Part shown: positions 1 through 10,375 of the stretch, piece after piece
How the letters are laid out: every line of letters starts with the position of its first letter
Numbering within the stretch: position 1 is the stretch's first letter
UHGV virus genome: UHGV-0219173
Strand: one strand, 5' to 3'
Origin: a virus
DNA length: 48,431 nucleotides
The notes under the pieces: model-generated
The model's input: only the letters and a program-made list of their open reading frames with translations
Told to the model about the DNA's origin: nothing
Databases searched by the model: none
Translations under genes and position numbers: made by a program

Positions 1-185
1 TGAAAAAAAATAAATTAAAGATTGGTAATCAGGGGACAAGTCAATATGGTATATTAATATCATGGATTAGTAAAAAGAACTGAGCTCATAAGATATATGC
101 ACCCATAAATGAGAGGGCATCCAGCGGTTACATGCAGGATGTCTTTTCTTTATGCCTTGAAAGAAGTCTGACAATTCAAATAATT

Positions 186-233
186 GGGTCCTTCCGAGGG
201 GGGCGGGGCCTTATGCGGGGCGCGGAAGGTCCG
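186..233. promoter_or_regulatory. Candidate cos (cohesive end) site: GC-rich segment with imperfect twofold symmetry (GGGTCCTTCCG ... CGGAAGGTCC) upstream of the small terminase gene
   Basis: About 50 bp of >70% GC in an AT-rich leader; inverted-repeat arms flank a G-rich core; lies upstream of a lambda-type Nu1/GpA terminase pair. Confidence 0.3.
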
Positions 234-347
234 GTGTTTTTCTCTGTAGGGACTAAAAAAACAGGTGATTTCCTTCCGGTTTGGAGGGGAGCAAGGAGGA
301 CCAAAGGGAGATACGGAGGGGAGTACAGTAAAGGAGACGGAGAAAGA

Positions 348-872
348 ATGGTCGTAAACCAGAAGGAATTGTCGCAATGCCTTGGAATTTCAACGCGTCA
401 AATAAGGAATCTCAAATCGGAAGGGCTGTTCCAGACGGAAAAAAATTCAAGGGGATACATGCTTGAAAAGTGCGTCCAAGAGTATATTAATTTTAAGATA
501 AATGCGGAAATGGGACGCAGGACATCTATTACGAAAGAGGAAGTGCAAGCAGAGCATGAGGAAATCAAGAAACAGATATCAGCCTTAAAGCTAAGAAGAT
601 TACGGAGGGAGCTTCACGAAGCATCCGACGTTGAAGCTTTTTTGACGGATATGTTGATAAAGTTTAGAAATCGTATATTATCATTGCCGCCAAAGTTGGC
701 TATGCAATTGAGCGGAGAAAACGATATCAACAACATGATTGGAATAATTAAAACAGAGATGGAAAACGCACTGGAAGAACTATCGCAATATAACCCGGAC
801 GAAATAGACGGAGTAACACCAGGAGACATGGATTTGGACGACCCGGAGGAGGAAGAGGAGGAAGAAATGTAA
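348..872 (+). CDS. Terminase small subunit (Nu1-like, N-terminal HTH, acidic C-terminal tail)
   Basis: Internal ATG at 348 with RBS GGAGACGGAGAAAGA; HTH segment KELSQCLGISTRQIRNLK; immediately upstream of terL. The track ORF starts at 132, but that 5' part is GC-rich and probably non-coding. Confidence 0.6.
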   Translation: MVVNQKELSQCLGISTRQIRNLKSEGLFQTEKNSRGYMLEKCVQEYINFKINAEMGRRTSITKEEVQAEHEEIKKQISALKLRRLRRELHEASDVEAFLTDMLIKFRNRILSLPPKLAMQLSGENDINNMIGIIKTEMENALEELSQYNPDEIDGVTPGDMDLDDPEEEEEEEM

Positions 873-876
873 AGAC

Positions 877-2751
877 ATGGGATACAGAACCAGGACACGG
901 ATAAAAACAGCTAATCTTTTTAAACGTGTAGTACATAATATTTTACAAAAAACAGAAGAACTTACCGTAAGCCAATGGGCTGAAAAGTACAGAGTATTGG
1001 ATGAATCGAGCAACATATCTGGTCGGTGGTCAAATGATGTAACACCATATCTAATAGGAATCATGAATACCTTGAATGATGATTACATCAGAGAAGTATA
1101 TTTGTGTAAAGGCTCACAGTTGGGCGGAACGGAAGTAATGATAAACATGTTAATGTATATTATTGACAGGTCCCCAGCCCCCACCATGATCGTATATCCT
1201 TCAGACGATTTGGCTAAAGATGTATCGAACGATAAATTAAAACCGGCCTTTCGGCTGGCGACGCAAATAAAAAGACTATTTTTAGAAAACTCATCCAAAG
1301 AGTTACGTCTTAAGTTTAAAACAATGGTGCTTTACCTTCGGGGGGCGGGCTCGCCGTCGAAATTAGCCTCAAAGGCAATTAAGTATTTATTTTTTGATGA
1401 AATAGATAAGATAGGGGGAGCATCCAAAAAGGAAGCATCCCCCTATAACCTTGCCATGGAACGTATAAAGACATACAAATCTCAGAGCAAGGTATATGCA
1501 TGTTCTACCCCAACATTGGCAACCAATTATATATGGGGATTACATGATAGCGCGGACGAAGTGAGACATTATTTTGTCCCCTGTCCTCATTGTGGAGAAA
1601 TGATTGAACTCACTTGGAATCAGATAAAGTTTGACGAGGATAAGGACAACACCATGAGCCCATATGACCGGGCCAAAACATCAAAATACATATGTCAATT
1701 ATGCGGATGCATCATCGAGGACAAGGATAAGCCTAAAATGCTCAGGTTGGGAGAGTGGAGAGCGATAAAAAAGAGAGGTATCGGAAAACCCAAAACAGTG
1801 GGGTTTTGGATTAGCTCCCTATATAGCATATTTCTTACTTGGGCTGATATAGCAGAGGAATTTCTTAAATCGAAAGACGATCCGGAACTATTGCAGAACT
1901 TTGTCAACTCATGGCTCGCAGAACCATGGGAGGACACTAAGCTAAAAACATCAAAAGAGCTTGTCATGGAACGGCAAACGGAATTGCCGGAAATGATTGT
2001 ACCGGAATGGGCCAAGATATTGACGGGCGGCGTGGACGTGCAGGAAAGCAGCCTATATTACACAATCAGGGCTTGGGGAGACTACATGACGAGTCAAAAT
2101 ATTGCACATGGACAGGTCTTTTCCCTTACGGATATTGAACAAATAATGAATCTGGAATGGCAGAGGGAGGATGGTATAAAAATGGTCGTGGGACTTGCGC
2201 TGATTGACTCAGGTTTCCAGTCGGATGAAATATATCAATTTTGCCTTACGAATTCGGACTGGGCCAAGCCCTGTAAGGGGGCAAGCAACCCATTGCAAGG
2301 ACATTACAAAATAAGCCAAATAAACAAACCGGAGAGCAGGGTTAATGGAATTAGCTTGGTGTGGGTGGATGGCGGAAAATATAAAGACAGTATCTCAGCA
2401 AAAATGAGAAAAGAAAACGGTACTGGAAGTTGGATGGTATACGCAGGATGCGATGAAGAATACGCCTCGCAGGTGACAGCGGAACACAAGGTTAACGTAA
2501 GGAATCCAAACGGTAAAACAGTCCAGAAATGGGTACAAAAAAAATCACATGGGGATAATCACTATTTGGATGCAGAAGTCTATGCAATGGCAGCAGCGGA
2601 CTTGATGAATGTGAGAACACTACACCTGCAACAAGCATATCAGGAAGAACCGGAGGTTGAAACACAAGAGCCAGAAGAGCAAACGTGGTTGCCAGACATA
2701 TCTTCGTGGCTGGGAGGAATAGGAGGAAATAATGAACCAGCATATGAGTAA
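877..2751 (+). CDS. Terminase large subunit, GpA (lambda-type) family
   Basis: 624 aa; Walker A-like GSQLGGTE and Walker B FFDEIDK; nuclease domain; position after terS. Confidence 0.85.
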   Translation: MGYRTRTRIKTANLFKRVVHNILQKTEELTVSQWAEKYRVLDESSNISGRWSNDVTPYLIGIMNTLNDDYIREVYLCKGSQLGGTEVMINMLMYIIDRSPAPTMIVYPSDDLAKDVSNDKLKPAFRLATQIKRLFLENSSKELRLKFKTMVLYLRGAGSPSKLASKAIKYLFFDEIDKIGGASKKEASPYNLAMERIKTYKSQSKVYACSTPTLATNYIWGLHDSADEVRHYFVPCPHCGEMIELTWNQIKFDEDKDNTMSPYDRAKTSKYICQLCGCIIEDKDKPKMLRLGEWRAIKKRGIGKPKTVGFWISSLYSIFLTWADIAEEFLKSKDDPELLQNFVNSWLAEPWEDTKLKTSKELVMERQTELPEMIVPEWAKILTGGVDVQESSLYYTIRAWGDYMTSQNIAHGQVFSLTDIEQIMNLEWQREDGIKMVVGLALIDSGFQSDEIYQFCLTNSDWAKPCKGASNPLQGHYKISQINKPESRVNGISLVWVDGGKYKDSISAKMRKENGTGSWMVYAGCDEEYASQVTAEHKVNVRNPNGKTVQKWVQKKSHGDNHYLDAEVYAMAAADLMNVRTLHLQQAYQEEPEVETQEPEEQTWLPDISSWLGGIGGNNEPAYE

Positions 2752-2956
2752 TGCCGATTTACTGACAGAGGTCAATATGGCCATACAGAAAATATGCATC
2801 GGGGGACAGAGCTATCAGATAGGCACAAAGCGTCTGACAAGGGCTGACCTGACGCAGCTATATAAAATGAGGAACGACCTGACGGCAGCATTACAGGTGG
2901 AAGAGAATACGGGCCTTATGGAAAATACCATGGTTGCATACTTTGACAGGAGGTAA
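2732..2956 (+). CDS. Head-tail joining protein gpW-like
   Basis: 74-aa protein between terL and portal, as in lambda (A-W-B order). Confidence 0.55.
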   Translation: MNQHMSNADLLTEVNMAIQKICIGGQSYQIGTKRLTRADLTQLYKMRNDLTAALQVEENTGLMENTMVAYFDRR

Positions 2957-2961
2957 AAAGA

Positions 2962-4446
2962 ATGGCATGGTTAGAGGACGTAATTGCATGGGCATCACCC
3001 AAAACGGCCTATGAGCGTGAAGCCTGGAGACAAGGACTGGAGAGTCTGAGAGGGTATGATGCTGGGGACGGAAATCGGCTAAATTCGGGCTGGAGAGTTG
3101 CGAATGAGTCAGCAGAAATGACAGACCGGGTAAGCCGAGATACCATCCGGGCCAGAACAAGGGACCTGGAACGGAGTTCCGACATTATGAATTCCGTAAC
3201 CAGCGCATTTAGACGGAATGTGATAGGAAAGGGATACACTCTTCATCCTATGACAGGGGACCAGGAGTTAGATAAAAAGGTAATGAAGTTGTGGAAAAAG
3301 TGGTGCAAGAAACAGAATTGCGATGTAACAGGGACCCAGAATTTCAACCAAATGTTACGCATGGCAGTACAACGAAAAAAAGTAGATGGAGGAATCTTGT
3401 TCGTGAAGCGTTACACGCCAGATGGATTGCTCCCGTTTAAAATACAGACCATGGAACCGGACGAACTGGACGTTACACGCATGACGCCAAAGAATAAAAA
3501 TAACCGCGTGGTGGGAGGAATTGAGTATAACTCATACAATAAACCAATCGGATATTTTTTCAGACAATATGAAATAGACGGATTTACGATGGCCGAACCT
3601 ATATACGTGGAGGCCAAGGATGTCATTTTTTATTTTACCAAGCGCAGGCCGTCACAGATTCGAGAAATGTCAGATATGGCGCACACTACCACAAGAATTA
3701 GAGATACCAATGAATTCATGACAGCGGTATCTGTAAAAGAAAGAATCCTTTCTTGTCTGGCTGTTTTTATCAAGAAGGTTACACCGGCTGTATCACAGAA
3801 TGGACGGGAAGCAATACGGGGAGAGGATGCAAAGAAAAAGAGCTACGAGGGAAAAATGATTACTCCTGGAATGATTCGGGAACTGAATGCAGGTGACGAG
3901 ATACAGGTGGTCAATCCTTCAGGGCAGGCCACGGATGCGGAACGGTACACAAAAACACAGGAGCGACTTATCGGAGCCGGTAATGGAATCAGCTACGAAG
4001 CGGCAAGCCGTGATATGAGTCAGTCAACGTATAGCAGCGCCAGACAAGGAATGATAGAGGACGAAATGACTTACTACGAAGAAGTTGAGTGGATAATGGA
4101 CATCATGTCTGAGGTTTACGAAACTTTTTTTATTTCTGCCGTATTAAAAGGGCTCATAAACATAAAAGATTTTTGGGAGAGCAAAGAACAATACCTGGAA
4201 CATGAATGGATACGCCCTACGAAACAGTGGATTGACCCATTGAAGGAAGCGAATGCCACAAAAATTGCGCTTATGTCAGGGCAAAAGACATTCCCACAGG
4301 TGGCTGCTGAAAATGGAAATGACTGGAGAAAACAACTGGATGAAACAGCAGAGGCATTGAAATACGCCGAGGAAAAAGGAATTGATTTAGGGGGGATGAT
4401 TTATGGAATTAAGACAAGCCAGAAATCCAACGGAAAAGTCGGGTAA
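2962..4446 (+). CDS. Portal protein (lambda gpB-type)
   Basis: 494 aa, position and size; lambda-type portal sequence character. Confidence 0.8.
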   Translation: MAWLEDVIAWASPKTAYEREAWRQGLESLRGYDAGDGNRLNSGWRVANESAEMTDRVSRDTIRARTRDLERSSDIMNSVTSAFRRNVIGKGYTLHPMTGDQELDKKVMKLWKKWCKKQNCDVTGTQNFNQMLRMAVQRKKVDGGILFVKRYTPDGLLPFKIQTMEPDELDVTRMTPKNKNNRVVGGIEYNSYNKPIGYFFRQYEIDGFTMAEPIYVEAKDVIFYFTKRRPSQIREMSDMAHTTTRIRDTNEFMTAVSVKERILSCLAVFIKKVTPAVSQNGREAIRGEDAKKKSYEGKMITPGMIRELNAGDEIQVVNPSGQATDAERYTKTQERLIGAGNGISYEAASRDMSQSTYSSARQGMIEDEMTYYEEVEWIMDIMSEVYETFFISAVLKGLINIKDFWESKEQYLEHEWIRPTKQWIDPLKEANATKIALMSGQKTFPQVAAENGNDWRKQLDETAEALKYAEEKGIDLGGMIYGIKTSQKSNGKVG

Positions 4447-5035
4447 TGTTTTCCACAGGGAATTTATGGCAGCGGATTTTCGCGAAATGGAAGAGGAGGA
4501 AAGAAAGTTTAAACTCAGTTTCTCTTCGGAAGAGCCATACGATAGGTATTGGGGGAAAGAAATCTTAGACCATTCAGAGGGAGCAATTAAGTTAGACAGG
4601 ATTTTAGCCGCTGGATGTGTGTTATTTAATCACAAGCGGGACTATGTGGCCGGAAAGATATTAACAGCATGGATCGAGGAGTCGAGAGGTTACGCAGAAA
4701 TTGAATTTGATAAAGATGATCCATCGGAACTGATATACCAAAAAGTTAAAAACAAGACGTTACGTGGAGTATCAGTCGGATACATAGTGGGAAGCTGGGA
4801 GGAGGTAATGCCGGGAAAGACGTCTGGCGACGGGCGTTTTGTTGGCCCGTGTGATATTGCCCGGAGCTGGGAACCGTTTGAGATATCCATAGTATCATGC
4901 CCGGCTGACTATGCAGTAGGTGTGGGGCGGGAGCTCACGGAAAACGCGCCGCCATACAAAGCCATGACGGGGCAGGATAGAAGAAGCCTGGAATGGTTTG
5001 AGCGGCAAATGAAACTTAACAAATATTATTTTTAG
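4403..5035 (+). CDS. Prohead (head maturation) protease, HK97-like
   Basis: About 200-aa protein between portal and capsid; the start may be the internal Met at 4469. Confidence 0.5.
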   Translation: MELRQARNPTEKSGNVFHREFMAADFREMEEEERKFKLSFSSEEPYDRYWGKEILDHSEGAIKLDRILAAGCVLFNHKRDYVAGKILTAWIEESRGYAEIEFDKDDPSELIYQKVKNKTLRGVSVGYIVGSWEEVMPGKTSGDGRFVGPCDIARSWEPFEISIVSCPADYAVGVGRELTENAPPYKAMTGQDRRSLEWFERQMKLNKYYF

Positions 5036-5045
5036 GAGGACACAG

Positions 5046-6560
5046 ATGGGAGACAAGGAAAAATTAAAGGAATTGCGGGAAAAGGCTCAGAGACTTCTGG
5101 ACACAGCAAAAGGCGAGAAAAGAGATATGAACGACACAGAGAAAACGGAGTTTGATGACCTTCAGAGGCAGATTAACGAGCTTGCGCGCAGGCTGGAAGA
5201 AGGGCATGGAAATCCAGGGGGAGAAGGAGAAAGCGGAGCGACTGAGAGAGCAATAGAGAATGAGCGAAAGCGGGCGGTTGCTATCACAGAGTTGTGTAAA
5301 CAGCACAATGTTGACCCAACAACATACATAAGGGAAAACAAAACCGTGGAAGAGGTGCAGAGGGACATCTTGGACAAACTGACGAGAGAAAACCGTCCAA
5401 TTAATACAGGTGTTAAAGTTGGGGCGGACGAGGAGGACAAATTTAGACGTGCCGCGGCGGACGGAATGGTCATGCGTGGAGGTGTGCAGATTGATAAGCC
5501 GGCAGATGGGGCCAGGGACTTTAGGGGAACATCTTTGAAAGACTTAGCAATTCGATGCATGGAGCGAGATGGGGGAGATGTAAAAGACCTTATCTTAAGG
5601 AGCCCGGAGGATATATATGGTATGTTGTGCAGACAGTTTTACAATCCGAGCGCGTCCTTCCCTGCAATCATGGACCAAGCTATTAATAAGGCTTATGTGG
5701 AGGGATACAATAAGGCTTCGGTAACGTTTGACAAATGGGTTAAAAAAGGTACACTCAAAGACTTTAAATCAACCAAACACGAATATATTGCAGGACCGGC
5801 AGGCGATTTCTTTGAGGTACCAGAGAATGGGGAAATCAAGCATGATACTCCAAAGGATGTAAAAAGACCCAATAGGCAGATTAAGACATATGCACGACAG
5901 TTTACAATGTCGAGGCAGGCATTTATTAATGATGACATTGGATTCCTCTCTACTATACCTGCGAGATATGCAGCGGCCGCAAGAAGGACACAGAACAAAC
6001 AGGCATACAATATTCTTCTTACAAACGATAAGATTTACGACGGCATTCCGCTTTTTGATGTGAAGCATAACAATATCATCAAGACAGGTAGCGCACCAAC
6101 AAGAGAGACGTTCCTTAAAATGCTTTTAAAACTCCAAATGATGAAGGATGAGTTCGAAGAAGCAATCAATATTAGACCAGCAAAGATTATTGTGCCGGTT
6201 GGATACACCTTTGATATGTTCACTATGTTTAACAGTCCAACTATACAAACCACAGAAAACACGCAGGCCGCAAATCCATTGTATAACTACAGGACAATGA
6301 TAGAAATAATTGAGGATGCAACACTTAACGCTCTTGTAGAAACTGGAAAAGCAGTACCGTGGTTCCTTGTAGGTGCAGCGGAAGATGTGGACGGAGTATG
6401 GGTTGATTATTTGAATGGTGATGAAATACCCAAAATCCGTAGAATGGAAGCCCCTGGGACATTGGGATACGTTTGGGATATATTCCTTGATTGGGGATTT
6501 ACTGCAGTTGATTTCCGGGGAATCATTAAGAATCCGGGAACCGTAATCACGATAGAATAA
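5046..6560 (+). CDS. Major capsid protein with N-terminal coiled-coil delta/scaffold domain (HK97 fold)
   Basis: 504 aa; N-terminal 100 aa strongly coiled-coil (KLKELREKAQRLLD...), C-terminal capsid-like region; gene order. Confidence 0.7.
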   Translation: MGDKEKLKELREKAQRLLDTAKGEKRDMNDTEKTEFDDLQRQINELARRLEEGHGNPGGEGESGATERAIENERKRAVAITELCKQHNVDPTTYIRENKTVEEVQRDILDKLTRENRPINTGVKVGADEEDKFRRAAADGMVMRGGVQIDKPADGARDFRGTSLKDLAIRCMERDGGDVKDLILRSPEDIYGMLCRQFYNPSASFPAIMDQAINKAYVEGYNKASVTFDKWVKKGTLKDFKSTKHEYIAGPAGDFFEVPENGEIKHDTPKDVKRPNRQIKTYARQFTMSRQAFINDDIGFLSTIPARYAAAARRTQNKQAYNILLTNDKIYDGIPLFDVKHNNIIKTGSAPTRETFLKMLLKLQMMKDEFEEAINIRPAKIIVPVGYTFDMFTMFNSPTIQTTENTQAANPLYNYRTMIEIIEDATLNALVETGKAVPWFLVGAAEDVDGVWVDYLNGDEIPKIRRMEAPGTLGYVWDIFLDWGFTAVDFRGIIKNPGTVITIE

Positions 6561-6573
6561 GGAGGGACCATAA

Positions 6574-6909
6574 ATGAATGCAGAATATATTCAGAGAGGC
6601 GAAAGCCTGGACTATAAGAATGAGACAGCCAAACAGATTAATGCCGGGGAGGTTGTGGTATTTGGAACAAGGATAGGAATTGCCGGAACCACAATACCCG
6701 TTGGCTCAACGGGGAGCATACATATGGTGGGTGTGTTTAAAATACCAAAGAAAGACGGAGAAGCAATTGAGAAGGGAGCAATCGTATACTATTCGGAAGA
6801 TGGACTGACAGCCATTGCGGCAGAGGAACAGAGTGTACCGGTGGCAGGATATGCGGTTGACACATCCGTGGCAGCAAGTAAAACCGTAACCGTAAAACTT
6901 ATCGGATAG
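6574..6909 (+). CDS. Small head protein (DUF2190-like, possible decoration protein)
   Basis: 111 aa immediately after capsid gene; strong RBS GGAGGG. Confidence 0.4.
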   Translation: MNAEYIQRGESLDYKNETAKQINAGEVVVFGTRIGIAGTTIPVGSTGSIHMVGVFKIPKKDGEAIEKGAIVYYSEDGLTAIAAEEQSVPVAGYAVDTSVAASKTVTVKLIG

Positions 6910-6920
6910 GGAGGAAAGGC

Positions 6921-7193
6921 ATGGCATACGAACCTCATGTATGGGTAGACAAAGAAGTCATAACGGCAGAAAAATTGAACAACCTCGAAGAGGGAGCAAA
7001 GGCAAAGAGTATTCCAGGCCCCCAGGGAGCAGCAGGCCCCCAGGGCGAACCGGGACCGAAAGGAGACGGATTCACAGGGGAGCCGGTAACATTGGGCACA
7101 TTGGAGGACAGTGCGGATACTGCAACGATGATTGGAAAAATTAATGAAGTAATTGGTATACTTGCAGCCAGGGGAGTCACCAAAGGGGAATAA
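6921..7193 (+). CDS. Collagen-like repeat protein (Gly-X-Y triplets)
   Basis: GPQGAAGPQGEPGPKGDG collagen-like tract; RBS GGGAGGAAAGG. Confidence 0.5.
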   Translation: MAYEPHVWVDKEVITAEKLNNLEEGAKAKSIPGPQGAAGPQGEPGPKGDGFTGEPVTLGTLEDSADTATMIGKINEVIGILAARGVTKGE

Positions 7194-7194
7194 A

Positions 7195-7527
7195 ATGAAT
7201 TTTAAAGACATCCTCCAGGAAGATAATGAAACCACATTCATGAACCCGGAAGAATACGGAGAACGGCATATAGTCAATGGAAGGTCAATGAATATTATCA
7301 TTGATGATTATGGGCTGCTTGAACGGGAAAAGCGGCAAAAAGGTGTACAGACTTACAGGCAAGGAGTGTACAGAAAACAAGTGCTTTTTTATGTATTGGC
7401 GAAAGAATTCGGAGCACTCCCGCCTGTAGGACATATACTGGTACTGGACCAGGATAAGTATGTAATAACGGATGCAATCAACGAGGACGGAATTTATTCT
7501 ATTAGCCTGGAGGCGCAGAAATCGTAA
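7195..7527 (+). CDS. Head-tail connector/adaptor protein (hypothetical)
   Basis: ATG at 7195 directly after the previous stop; position in head-completion module. Confidence 0.4.
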   Translation: MNFKDILQEDNETTFMNPEEYGERHIVNGRSMNIIIDDYGLLEREKRQKGVQTYRQGVYRKQVLFYVLAKEFGALPPVGHILVLDQDKYVITDAINEDGIYSISLEAQKS

Positions 7528-8147
7528 TGAAATCACTTATACTGATAGGAATTGACACAACAGACGCAAGGAGGATGCTAGGGAAAGCGGGCAATAAGGA
7601 CCAGTCTATGGAAAAGGCCCTTAAGAAAGCAGTAAAAGAAACCGCAAAACAAGCAAGGGAAAGGCTGGCGAAACAAGCACAGAAATCATATACAGTAAAA
7701 AATGCTGGATTTAATAAAAATATGAAAATACGAATTGTTTCGGGGAGCCACCCGGCCGCAATTATCCGTTCAGATGGAGAACCATTACCCTTAAAGGAAT
7801 TTAAGACATCTAAAGCAGGAAAGACAACACGCGCGCAAGTACTGAAACATGGAACGCTTAAACCGCTGGAGCGGGGAGGAATTAAGGCATTCATTAATAA
7901 TATTGCAGATAAAAACCAGGTTAGAAAAAGAGATACAAAAAAGGGTAAGGCAGGAAGCAGTGTACGTCATATTGCTGTAGCACAAAGAAGTGGAAAAGAC
8001 CGATTGGAAATTAATGAAAAATTTAGCAACTCAATTCCGGTTATGATTGGAAGCCAAGAACATGTTTATGGTGTAGTAGAACCGAACATAGGAGAGGATT
8101 TACAAAACTATCTTCATAATTTTGTGAAGCAGGCATTAGGAGGATAA
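7527..8147 (+). CDS. Hypothetical phage structural protein
   Basis: 206-aa basic protein, start ATGA-coupled to the previous stop. Confidence 0.4.
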   Translation: MKSLILIGIDTTDARRMLGKAGNKDQSMEKALKKAVKETAKQARERLAKQAQKSYTVKNAGFNKNMKIRIVSGSHPAAIIRSDGEPLPLKEFKTSKAGKTTRAQVLKHGTLKPLERGGIKAFINNIADKNQVRKRDTKKGKAGSSVRHIAVAQRSGKDRLEINEKFSNSIPVMIGSQEHVYGVVEPNIGEDLQNYLHNFVKQALGG

Positions 8148-8148
8148 A

Positions 8149-8625
8149 ATGACGGTCAATGAGCTACAGGATGAATTAATAATGGAAATACGATGTATCA
8201 CGCAGGATATGGAAACGTACAACAGGAATGGGGATAGGGTAGAATTGAAAGGGTACCAGCAGTCTATACCCATGTTTTTGCCCATTGACTATGAGGAAAC
8301 AGAGGACACACTTTTCCCATATTTTACGGTCGTGATAAATAGTGTCATGTATAACAACCCTGAGGCAGACGGGAGTAACACAGCCCACGTCATGGTTATT
8401 TTCGGTATTTATGACGATGACGAAAAAATGCGGGGATACTTTACACTGAGCGCCATCATGCAAAGGGTGATAACAAGGTTCATGAAAAATAATATCATGG
8501 GCCTTTTTTATTGCGATAAAAAAATGAGAATGGAGTTTCAAGAGGATAATACAGCGCCTCAATTTTTCGGAGGAATTGAAATGATATGGTATCTACCAGA
8601 AATCGAAATGGAGGAAATAGAGTGA
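8149..8625 (+). CDS. Hypothetical head-tail joining/tail completion protein
   Basis: ORF with RBS AGGAGGA, coupled to upstream gene. Confidence 0.4.
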   Translation: MTVNELQDELIMEIRCITQDMETYNRNGDRVELKGYQQSIPMFLPIDYEETEDTLFPYFTVVINSVMYNNPEADGSNTAHVMVIFGIYDDDEKMRGYFTLSAIMQRVITRFMKNNIMGLFYCDKKMRMEFQEDNTAPQFFGGIEMIWYLPEIEMEEIE

Positions 8626-8873
8626 ACGAAAAAGCAAAAACAATGGTGTACATAGGCCCGACAATGAAGCATGTAGCCAGAGAGGGAAGTGCATACAGAG
8701 GTGGGTATACACCAAAATTTGAACAGAAGATAAAGGATAATCCGATATTAAAGGAACTGATTGTACCAGTTACCGAGCTGGCAGAGGCCAGGAAGGAAAT
8801 GAGGACGGCAGGAAGCAGGCTGGAAGCCTTGTATAAAAAAGTAAAGGAGGATTTAGGGAATGGAAGGATATAA
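8586..8873 (+). CDS. Hypothetical protein (start possibly at 8643)
   Basis: Small ORF upstream of tail sheath; overlaps previous gene. Confidence 0.3.
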   Translation: MVSTRNRNGGNRVNEKAKTMVYIGPTMKHVAREGSAYRGGYTPKFEQKIKDNPILKELIVPVTELAEARKEMRTAGSRLEALYKKVKEDLGNGRI

Positions 8874-10374
8874 GCATGGAATCAAATCACGGGAAAATAC
8901 AACCTCTTATCCAATGCCGACCACAACGGAGAACGCGGTACAGGTCATATGGGGCACATCACCAATCAACCTCGCAGAGAACCCAAAACAGGCAGTCAAC
9001 AGACCGGTCATGGTAAGAGACTTTAAGGAGGCCAAAAAGGCTCTGGGGTATAGTGACGATTGGGAAAAGTATACATTGTGCCAGAGCATGTATGCCAATT
9101 CGGAGATTTTTACCATATCACCAGTGATATACATTAACGTTCTGGACCCAGAAAAACACTCAAAACAAATTGAAGAACAGACTATAAGGGTGGAAAACCA
9201 TCAGGCAATCGTGGAGAGCCAGGGAATCCTTGTGGACGAATTAGTTATAACGACGCAGCCCAATACTGCCAGGACGGGAAGTGCAATAACTGGGGAGGCC
9301 AAGGCGGTAGAGGCAGGTTCGGAAATTACGATGGGAACGGACTATATCACAAACTTTGATGAAATGGGAAGGCTTGTCATTACTTTGCTTAGTTCGGGGA
9401 ATGCATTTGAACTGCCGGAAATAACTGTATCAGCAAAGGCAATTGCACCGGAGCTTGTGACAGAGGAGGACTTGATTGGATTTTACGATGTTCAGACCGG
9501 GAAAGAGACGGGGCTTGAAATCATTCGGAAGATTCATCCTCAATTAGGGGTGGTGCCGGGGATGCTGCTTGCGCCAGGATGGAGCCATAAGCCTAATGTG
9601 GGTACGGCACTACAGGCAAAGTGTGAGGAAATAAGCGGGGTTTTTGCAAGTACGTGCCTCCTTGACCTGGATACGGAAAAGGCTAAGAAATATACTGATT
9701 GCCTGACCGTGAAGAGAGATATGGGATTTAACGATGAACATGGAATCTCATTATGGCCCATGCTCCTGGCTGACGGAAGAAAAATATACTACTCAGCAGT
9801 ATACGGGGCAATGGCGGGATACTATACGGCATTGAATCAGGATGTGCCATACATATATCCGTCAAACAAAGGGCTAAATGTGGACGGAGCAGTCCTTAAG
9901 GACGGGACAGAGGTATACCTTGACCAGGACCAGGCCGGAGCTGTCAATGGGGATGGGGTTGTGACTGTACTGCATGATGATGGAGAATGGAAAGCCCTTG
10001 GTAACAATACAGCAGCATACCCGGATAACACGGATCCAAAGGACCGGTGGATAGGGTGCCGCAGGATGTTTGATTTTGTAAACAACAGATTTGCACTGGA
10101 TTACCGGAAAAAATTGGATTCAAACATGAACAAAAGACAGGTCGATGATATTATTAACTCGTTTAACGTATGGGCTAATAGTTTGGTATCTGCTGGTATG
10201 TGTGCAGGGCTTAACATTGAATACAGAAGTGACGAGAACAGCATAGAAGATGTATTGGAGGGACACATGCGCACTAGGACACATTTGGCGCCATTCACGC
10301 CAATGGAATACATTGAAAATGTAATGGAGTTTGATATATCGGCACTTAAAAATGTCATGACAGAGGAGGGATAA
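8860..10374 (+). CDS. Tail sheath protein
   Basis: 504 aa; N-terminal pattern (HGI...ENAVQVIWGTSPINLAENP) typical of contractile tail sheath proteins; followed by tube, chaperone and tape-measure genes. Confidence 0.75.
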   Translation: MEGYKHGIKSRENTTSYPMPTTTENAVQVIWGTSPINLAENPKQAVNRPVMVRDFKEAKKALGYSDDWEKYTLCQSMYANSEIFTISPVIYINVLDPEKHSKQIEEQTIRVENHQAIVESQGILVDELVITTQPNTARTGSAITGEAKAVEAGSEITMGTDYITNFDEMGRLVITLLSSGNAFELPEITVSAKAIAPELVTEEDLIGFYDVQTGKETGLEIIRKIHPQLGVVPGMLLAPGWSHKPNVGTALQAKCEEISGVFASTCLLDLDTEKAKKYTDCLTVKRDMGFNDEHGISLWPMLLADGRKIYYSAVYGAMAGYYTALNQDVPYIYPSNKGLNVDGAVLKDGTEVYLDQDQAGAVNGDGVVTVLHDDGEWKALGNNTAAYPDNTDPKDRWIGCRRMFDFVNNRFALDYRKKLDSNMNKRQVDDIINSFNVWANSLVSAGMCAGLNIEYRSDENSIEDVLEGHMRTRTHLAPFTPMEYIENVMEFDISALKNVMTEEG

Positions 10375-10375
10375 A

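Noticed and set aside
132-347. N-terminal 72-codon extension of the terS ORF in the track
   Set aside because: It has no RBS and is extremely GC-rich with a Gly/Arg-rich translation. A strong RBS and HTH begin at 348, so the region is more plausibly the cos-containing leader.
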